DNA of 64,000 nucleotides from Saprospiraceae bacterium (GCA_030729925.1 JANQWK010000060.1:98819-162818); one strand, 5' to 3'; numbered from the stretch's first letter, positions 37,621 to 46,242 are shown. A program made the numbers and translations. Notes: generated from the sequence alone by a model not told the origin.

Positions 37621-38319
37621 CTACAACTGAGCGACTGCGGGCGGCGCACGCAGCTGCCGGACGGAACGGATCGGAGCAGGATAGAGAAAACCTCGCACGG
37701 ACAACAGCGGGCGAACATTCGACCAGAGCCATTCCCGGAGCCATTGTACCAGGGAACGTGTGGAAGCAGAACTATGAAGATAAGCCTGGATATCCTCGAG
37801 GCCATTTAGGTCTCGGAGAGATTCGAGCAACAAACAATGATCCCTATAAAATGCACTGAATAGCTTGAAAAGGCTGGGACTTTGCCAGGGGAGCTGTTGA
37901 AAAGCGAGGGGCTTGAAGTCCGACTTTGGCATCCCAATCAGATAAACTCCCCCTCTTAAGTCAGGCCCCAGGATACCCCGTTTCAGGAAAGCTTGTTCCC
38001 GAATAAACCCCCAATCCAGTTGATCGAGTTGAGGACAATCGCTGCCCACACAAATCACATAATCATGCCCCTGGGCAAAAACCGAAGCAAAAGCATGCGC
38101 AATCCGCTCGCCGAAAGTAGCGCCTGACTGCAGCCGCTCATCGAAATGATACAAAGGCATGTCGGCCGCATGCAGTACCTCGAGGGTATGAGAAAGCAAA
38201 GCTCCTGCGATCATCTTATTGCGGCGCGCTGCATTACCTGGAAGCCAGCGTTTGCGGCTTGCTTCCCTTGCTGCCTGGCGGCTAAACAACAAAATGGCCG
38301 GAGATCCCTGTCTCTTCAT
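37621..38319 (-). CDS. DUF2064-domain protein (TIGR04282-like putative glycosyltransferase)
   Basis: 232 aa. AILLFSRQAAREASRKR, ...GATFGERIAHAF..., ICVGSDCPQL and ILGPDLRGGVYLIG fit my recollection of the DUF2064 pattern (AILvFak..., G.dLGeRm, IGtDcP, lGPa.DGGYyLiG). Confidence 0.65.
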   Translation of the reverse strand: MKRQGSPAILLFSRQAAREASRKRWLPGNAARRNKMIAGALLSHTLEVLHAADMPLYHFDERLQSGATFGERIAHAFASVFAQGHDYVICVGSDCPQLDQLDWGFIREQAFLKRGILGPDLRGGVYLIGMPKSDFKPLAFQQLPWQSPSLFKLFSAFYRDHCLLLESLRDLNGLEDIQAYLHSSASTRSLVQWLREWLWSNVRPLLSVRGFLYPAPIRSVRQLRAPPAVAQL

Positions 38320-38438
38320 GGGTCAAAGATAGCCATAAAATAATTCACCAAAAATCGGGGCAACAGATTTGGTCGCTTCGAGGCAATGTTTAACTTTAAC
38401 ATTTGTTTAAGAATTGAAAAACCAATAGCTTTTTTCCC

Positions 38439-39863
38439 TTGAAAATACACCTGCAAACCCTGATTGGGCTGATGGTATTTGCTGTGGCAGCCAGATTGCT
38501 GTCCTTTTTTCCCAGCGTCATCAACCACGACGAATCCACTTATTTGGTCATTGCCCAGACCTTACTTCAAGGCTACACCTATTTTGTAGATTACATAGAC
38601 ACTAAGCCTCCGGGGATTTTTTGGATTTTAGCTGGTTTTCTGGCCGTATTCGGGAAATCCATTGTGCTATTCCGTGCTTTTGTGGCCATTATCATTGCCA
38701 CAACCGCTTTTGGGTTATATCTGATCCAATTGACAATGGGGCAAAGCAGAAAGGTTGCCCTGGGGACGGCACTCATCTATATCCTGCTAAGCTCACTGTT
38801 TACCTTTTACGGCATTTCGCCCAACACGGAGACCTTTTTCAATTGCTTTACTGTATTTGCTTTCTGGCTTGTTTTGAGCAAGCGGAGAGGCTGGACATAC
38901 CTCCTTGCCGGTTTTTTGCTCGGCGCAGGTTTCATGATCAAGTACGTAGTGGTATTTGACGCTGCTGCTTTCGGCGTATGGTTACTTTGGGAACAGATCG
39001 TAAAACGTCGAAACTGGGGTGTTTTCTGGGGCAGAGCCTTTGCCCTTATCGCCGGGTTTTTGATCGTACCGGGAATCACCCTGATGTATTACCACCAACA
39101 AAACACCCTTGAGACCTGGTGGTTTCACTCGGTTATCGTATCGAGCAGATACCCCGAGCTTCACCAATGGCAGGACTATTTTATCTTCCCGATGGACTTC
39201 TTTCTGCGTTTTTTACCGGTAACCCTTTTTTACCTACTGGTGCTGCGCACCAAGCGCATTGGCCGGGAAACCAAAATACCGTATCTTATTTGGTCGGGTT
39301 TTGCCTTTTTTTCCGTCATGCTGCCCGGAAACGCCTATGGACACTACTTCATCCAGTTTATGTTGCCCTTTAGCTTACTTGCGGGTCTGATCTGGAGCCT
39401 TACCCCAGAGGAACTGCCTGCCTGGATGCGCTGGATCCATCAAAAAATCATCCTCCGGCGAACACTCGTGGGATTTGTCGTCCTAACGCTGTTTTTCCAA
39501 TACAACGATTATCTCAAAAAACCGGATTATCCCAAGCTCATTGCGAATTATCTCCAACCAAAGATGCAAGTAACGGACAACCTCTATACCGGAAACGGAA
39601 GTCAAATATTATATCTATTGCTCAACAAAAAAGTACCCAATAAATACGTACATCCGTCTCTGTTTTGGGAAGAGAAGCACCTAACAGCCATGGAAATAGA
39701 CATTGAGGCAGAAGTTGGTACGATACAGGCGAGACGACCCAAATACGTGATCATCAAAGACGAACTCTGGGATGACCGATTCGATTCCTGGCTCGAAACC
39801 TCCTACCATTTGGACACCACATTTCGGGAAGGACGAATAAAAATTATGGAGCGAAACGACTAA
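38439..39863 (+). CDS. Glycosyltransferase family 39-like (ArnT/PMT-type GT-C) membrane protein
   Basis: 474 aa with ~11 hydrophobic segments. The N-terminal NHDESTYL...YIDTKPPG motif is similar to ArnT-family enzymes. The start is TTG 38439 or ATG 38472. Confidence 0.7.
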   Translation: MKIHLQTLIGLMVFAVAARLLSFFPSVINHDESTYLVIAQTLLQGYTYFVDYIDTKPPGIFWILAGFLAVFGKSIVLFRAFVAIIIATTAFGLYLIQLTMGQSRKVALGTALIYILLSSLFTFYGISPNTETFFNCFTVFAFWLVLSKRRGWTYLLAGFLLGAGFMIKYVVVFDAAAFGVWLLWEQIVKRRNWGVFWGRAFALIAGFLIVPGITLMYYHQQNTLETWWFHSVIVSSRYPELHQWQDYFIFPMDFFLRFLPVTLFYLLVLRTKRIGRETKIPYLIWSGFAFFSVMLPGNAYGHYFIQFMLPFSLLAGLIWSLTPEELPAWMRWIHQKIILRRTLVGFVVLTLFFQYNDYLKKPDYPKLIANYLQPKMQVTDNLYTGNGSQILYLLLNKKVPNKYVHPSLFWEEKHLTAMEIDIEAEVGTIQARRPKYVIIKDELWDDRFDSWLETSYHLDTTFREGRIKIMERND

Positions 39864-40243
39864 CGACCTGTTTTGAAATCATCCGGCCAAACCAGAACCC
39901 TAACCCGATTGGCCAAGCCGGCATACTCCAGCGCACTGCCAAGCTGAATCACGTACTTCTGGTCGGTTTTGCGACGCTTGATCAGCACAATCGCCGGCTG
40001 CCTGTTGGTTTGTAGTCCATACCACAGACTCTGTCCAATTGCCTCCTTCCACTTCGAGGCAAAATCCACCTCTATAGCCAAATCATCTGTCAGTAAATCT
40101 ACGTAACCACTCGTCACGGAAACTTCCCGCTGACCGCCCAATTCCGCATGAATCAACTTTACAAAATCCGACTCGGACTGCTGGGCGTATGTTTGCAGTG
40201 AAATACCCAAGGTAAGAACTATAAAAATTAATCGCATCATCAT
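39860..40243 (-). CDS. Hypothetical small secreted protein
   Basis: ATG 40243 (MMMRLIFIVLTLGISLQTYAQ signal peptide), 127 aa. The track ORF (to 40324) wrongly runs into the tRNA gene. Confidence 0.45.
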   Translation of the reverse strand: MMMRLIFIVLTLGISLQTYAQQSESDFVKLIHAELGGQREVSVTSGYVDLLTDDLAIEVDFASKWKEAIGQSLWYGLQTNRQPAIVLIKRRKTDQKYVIQLGSALEYAGLANRVRVLVWPDDFKTGR

Positions 40244-40282
40244 AAAATTAAAAAGCCCGAACCTATGAAGATCCGGGCTTTG

Positions 40283-40357
40283 GGTGACTGACCGGGATCG
40301 AACCGGCGACCTCAGGAACCACAATCCTGCGCTCTAACCTGCTGAGCTACAATCACC
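40283..40357 (-). tRNA. tRNA-His (anticodon GTG)
   Basis: Manual cloverleaf: G(-1)+GTGATTG / CAGTCAC acceptor, GCTC-AGCAGGTTA-GAGC D arm, CAGGA-TTGTGGT-TCCTG anticodon arm (GTG), AGGTC variable loop, GCCGG-TTCGATC-CCGGT T arm, discriminator C. The extra 5' G is the tRNA-His hallmark. Confidence 0.93.
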
Positions 40358-40385
40358 ATTTGACATGCTTCTCAGGAAAGCGTGG

Positions 40386-40416
40386 CAAAAATACAACAAC
40401 TTCGTCAATTTGACAA
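40386..40416 (-). promoter_or_regulatory. Candidate Bacteroidota-type promoter for tRNA-His
   Basis: On the minus strand, (A)TTG (40416-40414), a 20-nt spacer and TATTTTTG (40393-40386) match TAnnTTTG. The motif lies ~28 nt upstream of the mature tRNA 5' end. Confidence 0.35.
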
Positions 40417-40433
40417 TTTTTTTTCACAAAATA

Positions 40434-41459
40434 TCACTCAAAGAAGCTATCGTATTGGTTTTTGTGTGCAGCTCTTTTTGCGGGTTCCACTACCTTTGTA
40501 TTGAGGTCCAGCACATTGGCAGTATCGTTTGCCTCCGTGAGGATAGCGGCTTTTTCCTCACCGAGGATCAGGGACACCCCTTCCTTTTCCCATTGTTCCA
40601 GCATTTTGAGTCCTTCCTCTTCAAAGATGCCCTGCTGGAGGTCAACGGAGTCCATGAAATTGGATGACAACTTCATAAAGCGTTCCATTTCGCCCACCTT
40701 TTTGCTCACATCATCGGCCACAGCTTCCATAGCCATATCGAACATAGCCCGTTTGTCGGGATCGCCGGAAAGGAGGCTCATAGCGGATCGCATAGCATTG
40801 TGGCTTGCGTGGATAGCTTTTTGTTCCTGTTCTTTTACGGCAACCTGGTCTTTAATATCCTCCATCAGGATATAAGAATTTTCGTGCATTTTAGTCAGCA
40901 CTCGGTACAAAATTTCCATTTTGCGGTAGAGGTCTTCCAGGCGCAAGTTAGACTCTTTCAACCTGCCTGCTTGTCGCGACTTGAGGATCATCACGGCCTC
41001 TTTATTATTTTCCCGGGCTTCATGCGCCATTTGCAGGTTGTCCTGGATAGACTTTTTGTTATTGTGGATGATCTCCTTGAGTTTGTGCATTTGACCGCGC
41101 AACTGTCCGATCTGGCGGTTCATATTGTGCAGGTTTTTGCTCAACTCTTCCACATGCTTTTTGAGGATACCGATGGGATCCAGTTGCACAAAAAAGCTGG
41201 TAATTTTGCGCATGGTACTTTTGTACATAAACCAGATGAGGTTGCGCATCCGGGGATCCAGCACCATAAAAGCCAATGCCCCTATGGCCAGCAGAAGGAA
41301 AGTCAGGGACAGGGTATTTTGTAAAATAACGTTGAGCGCAGGAAGCAGGAGCCAGGCGAGGTACCCCCCACCCAGGATCAGCGCAACGAGAAAAATCAGA
41401 CCGGTGACACCCTCTGGTCTTTCCCAGAAAGACTTAGTTCTTAGCTGTTCTTTGTTCAT
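40434..41459 (-). CDS. Hypothetical membrane protein: two N-terminal TM helices plus long coiled-coil cytoplasmic domain
   Basis: 341 aa. The TM segments are GLIFLVALILGGGYLAWLLLPAL and LSLTFLLLAIGALAFMVL. About 230 aa of heptad-rich, charged sequence follow (HVEELSKNLHNMNRQIGQLRGQMHKLKEII...). I recognise no family. Confidence 0.6.
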   Translation of the reverse strand: MNKEQLRTKSFWERPEGVTGLIFLVALILGGGYLAWLLLPALNVILQNTLSLTFLLLAIGALAFMVLDPRMRNLIWFMYKSTMRKITSFFVQLDPIGILKKHVEELSKNLHNMNRQIGQLRGQMHKLKEIIHNNKKSIQDNLQMAHEARENNKEAVMILKSRQAGRLKESNLRLEDLYRKMEILYRVLTKMHENSYILMEDIKDQVAVKEQEQKAIHASHNAMRSAMSLLSGDPDKRAMFDMAMEAVADDVSKKVGEMERFMKLSSNFMDSVDLQQGIFEEEGLKMLEQWEKEGVSLILGEEKAAILTEANDTANVLDLNTKVVEPAKRAAHKNQYDSFFE

Positions 41460-41483
41460 ACTTTACCCGGGATCAGGAAGGAA

Positions 41484-41657
41484 TCATCCTTTTTTGCTTA
41501 AAAATTTATAACCGTAGTACACTGCAGCTGCCAGGAGTGCCACTCCTATCAGGGGGAGTAACAGCTTTGACACAAAATAAATTAGCCCCACTGCAAAGAT
41601 AAGCACCACAACGGCTCCCACCAAACGCTTGTCCCGATTACTGATTGACCTTGCCAT
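41484..41657 (-). CDS. Small (57-aa) two-TM membrane protein, not in ORF track (below size cut-off)
   Basis: My translation is MARSISNRDKRLVGAVVVLIFAVGLIYFVSKLLLPLIGVALLAAAVYYGYKFLSKKG. The ATG is at 41657 and the TGA at 41484-41486, 24 nt upstream of the coiled-coil gene on the same strand. Confidence 0.4.
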   Translation of the reverse strand: MARSISNRDKRLVGAVVVLIFAVGLIYFVSKLLLPLIGVALLAAAVYYGYKFLSKKG

Positions 41658-41802
41658 AAGAATTGATTTTGGTTTAAAAAATAAATATAGTTAAAGAAAA
41701 TTGCATCAACTTGTCCGATATTTAGATGAAAAAGTATTTTATCTATACCAGTAGCCTTAGCCTATCCTGTTTAACCCATTATCTTTGCAAAAAACCAAAT
41801 TT

Positions 41803-43071
41803 ATGCGAAACGACCAGATTTTCGTCAATTCAGAAATCGCTCCGCTAAAACGGGTCATTGTACACCAGCCGGATCCCGGAATTTCCAGGGTAACGCCCAA
41901 AGAAGCTGGTGATCTGCTCTTTGATGATATTGTACACCTACCCAAAATGCAGGAAGAGCATATTATTTTTTGCGAGGTACTCAAGGCCTTCCTGGGAGAA
42001 GAGAACGTGCTCGAGACGCAGGTGTTGTTAGAGGAAGCCCTTTCCGTTGACCACCGCAACCGGGAGGAAATGCTGGACCTGATCATTGATTTTGAAGAAC
42101 TTCCCAGGAGGATCCTCACCCAGCTCAACCAGCTCAGCAATAAAGCATTGGCAGAGGTGCTGATAACCGGATACAACCCCGAGGAGGATCATATTTTATT
42201 CGACCCCATCCCCAACTTTATCTTTACCCGGGATTTGGCGGTTGCCATTAACGATCATGTTGTGATTACGAAGGCAGCCAAGGAGGCCCGCTTTCGCGAA
42301 AACATACTCACCCGGTTTGTTTTTCAAACGCATCCCATCTTCGACAGTCTGATCAACGAAGGAAGGATAATCAACATGAACAATGTTGATATGTTTCCCC
42401 CTTCCAAAAAAGGTGAGATGGTCTCGATTGAGGGAGGTGACGTGATGATTCTGAATGAGGACTATGTCCTTATCGGATGCAGTGAACGAACGACCGCCCA
42501 TGCGATCCATTCGCTCAAAAAAATACTCTTTGAGCAAGACGTCATCGAAAACGTGGTGCAGGTCAACATCCCCAAGGATCGCTCCTATATGCACATTGAC
42601 ACCGTTTTTACCCAAATCAACCACAACCACATGGTCGGATTCAAACCAATAGTTGTGGATGGATTGAGTTCCTACATCGAAGTATTCCGCAAAAATGGGG
42701 CGTATGCACATTACCACACCCTCGAAGACTTTCTAAAAGCGGAGATCACTTCTCGTATGGAATTCATCCTAACCGGAAAAGGCGAGTCGCCCTACCAGGA
42801 ACGGGAGCAATGGACCGATGGTTGCAACCTGGTGACGGTCAAACCGGGAGTAGCGATCACTTACGACCGCAACCCTATGACAGAAGAAGCCTTTAAATCA
42901 GCCGGATACCATATTTTACCTGCTTCAGAACTCATTAGCGGTGTCAAATCCGGCAAAATTGACCCTGACAAGGTCGAAAACACCATCATTACCATTCCCT
43001 CCAGCGAATTGTCTCGTGCAAGAGGGGGGTCTCATTGTATGACCTGTCCAATTGAACGACTAAGAACCTAA
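41803..43071 (+). CDS. Arginine deiminase-family (guanidino-group modifying) enzyme
   Basis: ATG 41803 (MRNDQIFVNSEIAPLKRVIVHQP), 422 aa. Motifs are FTRD, HIDT and the C-terminal catalytic-Cys motif GGSHCMTCP, typical of the arginine deiminase/amidinotransferase superfamily. Confidence 0.8.
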   Translation: MRNDQIFVNSEIAPLKRVIVHQPDPGISRVTPKEAGDLLFDDIVHLPKMQEEHIIFCEVLKAFLGEENVLETQVLLEEALSVDHRNREEMLDLIIDFEELPRRILTQLNQLSNKALAEVLITGYNPEEDHILFDPIPNFIFTRDLAVAINDHVVITKAAKEARFRENILTRFVFQTHPIFDSLINEGRIINMNNVDMFPPSKKGEMVSIEGGDVMILNEDYVLIGCSERTTAHAIHSLKKILFEQDVIENVVQVNIPKDRSYMHIDTVFTQINHNHMVGFKPIVVDGLSSYIEVFRKNGAYAHYHTLEDFLKAEITSRMEFILTGKGESPYQEREQWTDGCNLVTVKPGVAITYDRNPMTEEAFKSAGYHILPASELISGVKSGKIDPDKVENTIITIPSSELSRARGGSHCMTCPIERLRT

Positions 43072-43083
43072 ACCCTGAGCTCG

Positions 43084-43500
43084 ATGCTAACTACTACTTT
43101 TCACAAAAGGGTTCGGTATGGTGAAACCGACCAGATGGGATACCTTTACTATGGCAATTATGCCCAATACTATGAAATCGGGCGGGTGGAAATGATCCGT
43201 TCGTTGGGGCTTACCTACCGGCAACTCGAAATGGATCTGGGTATCTTGATGCCGGTTATGAACCTCAATATGCGTTTTGTGCGACCTGCCTACTACGACG
43301 AGCTGATCCGGATTGAAACCACCCTCCGACAGTTGCCCGATATGTTTATCACCTTCCACGTTGAATTGTACAATGAAAAAGAGGAGCTGGTCAATGGCGG
43401 GTCTGTCAAACTGTGTTTTGTGGAAGCCAAAACAGGAAATACCGTGCCGACGCCGGATATTCTTTCAGACAAGTTAAAGCCGTATTTTGAAAAAAATTAA
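43084..43500 (+). CDS. Acyl-CoA thioesterase (YbgC/4HBT hot-dog fold)
   Basis: 138 aa. VRYGETDQMGYLYYGNYAQYYE is the catalytic Asp region typical of the YbgC family. Confidence 0.85.
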   Translation: MLTTTFHKRVRYGETDQMGYLYYGNYAQYYEIGRVEMIRSLGLTYRQLEMDLGILMPVMNLNMRFVRPAYYDELIRIETTLRQLPDMFITFHVELYNEKEELVNGGSVKLCFVEAKTGNTVPTPDILSDKLKPYFEKN

Positions 43501-44461
43501 AACGCATCCCGTTGTTGTACGATGGATTGGGTGGACAAAAATCCATTCCCTGCCCGGGTTCTTTGGGGTGCCCATCTACGATGTAGTGGTCTTTGTCCGC
43601 GAAGAGCTGCAGCGGTACGACTTATTGACCCGTGCCAATGCAGTAGCATTTAGCTTTTTTCTGTCCCTTTTTCCTGCCCTGATTGCTTTGTTTACCATGC
43701 TTCCCCTGCTTAAGCGATATTTATTATCCTACTTACCCGGCGATCAGGACTTCAACCAGGTACTGCAGCAGGAAATCAGCCACCTCATGCCCGGTGTCGC
43801 GGGGGAGCGCCTGTTTCAGTTTGTATTTGACATCACCAACAACCCCCGTTTTGGTTTATTATCCTTCGGTTTTCTGCTTACCATTTACTTCTCCTCCAAC
43901 GGTATGCTGGCGCTCATGCGCGGCTTTGAAAAATCCTACGAGGGCACCTTTAAAAAGATAAATTTCCTGGAAAAACGCCTCATTGCCACGATGCTGACCG
44001 GTCAACTCGGTCTGTTGCTGATTGGCGCTGTCGTATTCATCATTCTCGGGCAGTGGGTAATTGCTTACCTGAGCCGTATCTGGCAAATGGACGCCCTTAC
44101 TACGATTCTGCTTGGGGGAACCCGTTGGATGGTTATCATTATTTTGTTTTACCTGGTCATATCGTTTATCTATCGGTATGGTGCCCCTGTCCGGGAAAAA
44201 TTCCGAATTTTCACCCCGGGTGCCACTTTGGCCACCTTTCTGGGTATGCTGTCGTCGCTGGCTTTTTCCTATTACGTGGATGTTACTCAGACCTACAACA
44301 AACTCTATGGTACGATTGGTACCATTATCGTTTTGATGCTTTGGATACAAATCAATGCCTTGGTGCTCCTGATCGGATTTGAGCTCAATGCCAGTATTGC
44401 CGTCAACCGCGACCTCAAAAAACAGCAGGACAGGGAAAATCCTCAAAATTTGAACCTATGA
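43487..44461 (+). CDS. YihY/BrkB-family membrane protein
   Basis: 324 aa and multi-TM. The family pattern is ANAVAFSFFLSLFPALI...YGTIGTIIVLMLWIQINALVLLIGFELNA. No in-frame ATG precedes the conserved N-terminus, so the start is probably TTG 43487. Confidence 0.8.
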   Translation: MKKIKTHPVVVRWIGWTKIHSLPGFFGVPIYDVVVFVREELQRYDLLTRANAVAFSFFLSLFPALIALFTMLPLLKRYLLSYLPGDQDFNQVLQQEISHLMPGVAGERLFQFVFDITNNPRFGLLSFGFLLTIYFSSNGMLALMRGFEKSYEGTFKKINFLEKRLIATMLTGQLGLLLIGAVVFIILGQWVIAYLSRIWQMDALTTILLGGTRWMVIIILFYLVISFIYRYGAPVREKFRIFTPGATLATFLGMLSSLAFSYYVDVTQTYNKLYGTIGTIIVLMLWIQINALVLLIGFELNASIAVNRDLKKQQDRENPQNLNL

Positions 44462-45528
44462 ATACCAGACTTTTTGTCCTCCTGAGCTTCCTGCTGAGTC
44501 TGTCCGGGGCTTACGCCCAAAAATACAGCAATGAATTTTTATCCATTGGCATCGGAGGCGCAGCAAATGGCAATGGTCACGCCGTAGTTGCTTCTATCAA
44601 CGATGCTACGGCTGCCTACTGGAACCCTGCCGGGCTTTCCCGCATCCATCCGGATATCCGGCTCCAATTGTCGGCCATGCACACGGAATGGTTTGCCGGA
44701 GTAGGGAAATTTGACTACCTCGGGGCGCTGATACCACTCAACGTCTCTGGTAGGGTTATTGCAGTATCCCTGTTGCGTTTCGGGGTGGACAACATTCCCA
44801 ATACCCTGACGCTGTATGAGCAGGACGGCACTGTAAACTATGACAACCTCAGCAGTTTTTCGGCTGCAGATTATGCTTTTTTGTTCAGTTACAGCCAGGC
44901 ACTTACCCCGTCCATTCCGGGACTCTATGTGGGTGGCAACCTCAAGATCATCCACCGGCTGATTGGTCCCTTTGCCCGAAGCTGGGGATTTGGGTTGGAT
45001 GCAGGCTTGCAATATCAGCGCAACCGTTGGCAATGGGGCCTGGTTATACGCGACCTCACCCATACTTTCAACGCCTGGTCTTTTCAGTTTACCGAAGCGG
45101 AAAAAAACATCCTGCAGCTCACCAATAACGAGGTGCCGATCAACAGCCTTGAACTCACCCGCCCCTCCCTTGTTTTGGGCGTCAGCCGAAGTTTTGACTT
45201 GGGCAAATACGGGCTGCGACCTGAGTTGAATTGGATTATCCATACAGACGGGGAGCGCAATACCCTTTTCAACATGGATCCCTTGAGTTTTGACCCTGTG
45301 CTAGGGCTGGAAGGCAATTACAAAGAGCAAATTTACCTGAGGTTTGGGTTCAACCAATTGCAGCAGGAGACCCTTTTTGGCGAAGCCGTGTGGACAATCA
45401 GGCCCGCTGTCGGCATCGGCATTCACCCTGGTGCGATAGGAATTGATTACGCCTTCACGGATCCGGGTGGTGGCGGTGAATCCACGTACTCCCATATCAT
45501 TTCGCTCAAGGTCGGTCTGAAACAATAG
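44458..45528 (+). CDS. PorV/PorQ-family outer-membrane beta-barrel protein (T9SS-associated family)
   Basis: 356 aa with the signal peptide ...LSGAYAQ. The N-terminal FLSIGIGGAANGNGHAVVASINDATAAYWNPAGL matches the PorV/PorQ signature (FL.i...aRa.gmG.a.vA...Da.a.yWNPA). ATGA overlap with the upstream gene. Confidence 0.7.
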   Translation: MNTRLFVLLSFLLSLSGAYAQKYSNEFLSIGIGGAANGNGHAVVASINDATAAYWNPAGLSRIHPDIRLQLSAMHTEWFAGVGKFDYLGALIPLNVSGRVIAVSLLRFGVDNIPNTLTLYEQDGTVNYDNLSSFSAADYAFLFSYSQALTPSIPGLYVGGNLKIIHRLIGPFARSWGFGLDAGLQYQRNRWQWGLVIRDLTHTFNAWSFQFTEAEKNILQLTNNEVPINSLELTRPSLVLGVSRSFDLGKYGLRPELNWIIHTDGERNTLFNMDPLSFDPVLGLEGNYKEQIYLRFGFNQLQQETLFGEAVWTIRPAVGIGIHPGAIGIDYAFTDPGGGGESTYSHIISLKVGLKQ

Positions 45529-45533
45529 CCGGA

Positions 45534-46169
45534 CTACACCCCCGGTGGCACGAGGTGTTTGAAATGGCCATTTAGTCGGATGCGGTCTTTCATTTTTTTC
45601 ATATCCCGTGCGGGCGGCAGCAGTCCCTGGATATGGTAGATCAGGTATTGCAGGCGATCGTCTTCCTCCTCCATACACAGCAGTTGGTACTCCTGATCCA
45701 GGTTTAAGCCCAGATAATGTGCCAATTGATAGCTCAGGAAAGCGCTGTCCTCTTCGGGTAGCGGTTTACTCACTTCATACAACCCAAAAAGTTCCTCCGC
45801 CAGGTCCAATAACTGCCGAACCAAGTGGGGCTGTCCGGCTGCATCGTAGGAAAGTCTTTTGATGGTTCCCCCGGCATATAACTTACCCGGCATCAAAGGG
45901 AAGTAATCTTCCAAGCGATATGCTCCAACCGCTCGGGTGCGGATATCCAGCTCTCCATTCTCGTATTCCTTTTCGATGGCGACCAATTTCACCTCTGTAC
46001 CAATGGGCTGCAACTGTTGGTTCATGAAAGCATTGATTCCAAAATGGATCCCCTTGGTCACACAATCCCGGATAAGCTGCTTGTATCGGGGCTCAAAAAT
46101 ATGCAGGTTGAGTTGTTCATCCGGGAAAACCACGATTTGCAGGGGAAAGAGTGCGATGGCTTCGTTCAT
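45534..46169 (-). CDS. LON substrate-binding (Lon N-terminal) domain protein
   Basis: 211 aa. LFPLQIVVFPDEQLNLHIFEPRYKQLI is the canonical stand-alone LonN/PUA-like domain start. Confidence 0.85.
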   Translation of the reverse strand: MNEAIALFPLQIVVFPDEQLNLHIFEPRYKQLIRDCVTKGIHFGINAFMNQQLQPIGTEVKLVAIEKEYENGELDIRTRAVGAYRLEDYFPLMPGKLYAGGTIKRLSYDAAGQPHLVRQLLDLAEELFGLYEVSKPLPEEDSAFLSYQLAHYLGLNLDQEYQLLCMEEEDDRLQYLIYHIQGLLPPARDMKKMKDRIRLNGHFKHLVPPGV

Positions 46170-46242
46170 AATTCATCCGTTGACGTGGAAAATTCGATCA
46201 ATAATCCCTAAATTGAAGGAAAATAACAAAAAACAATCCAAT

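Noticed and set aside
37581-37805. Upstream extension of the TonB-dependent receptor ORF
   Set aside because: The extension overlaps the DUF2064 gene's 3' end. ATG 37580 yields a proper signal peptide. Similar over-extensions were trimmed for the M14 gene (28195-28338), the saccharopine-DH-like gene (15457-15624), the S8 peptidase (58273-58410), the esterase (12904-12981) and the small secreted protein (40244-40324, which runs into tRNA-His).
45937-46242. N-terminal 102-aa extension of the alpha-2-macroglobulin ORF in the track
   Set aside because: The extension overlaps the convergent-frame LonN-domain gene and lacks a signal peptide. ATG 46243 gives a canonical lipoprotein signal (LSAIIASC).
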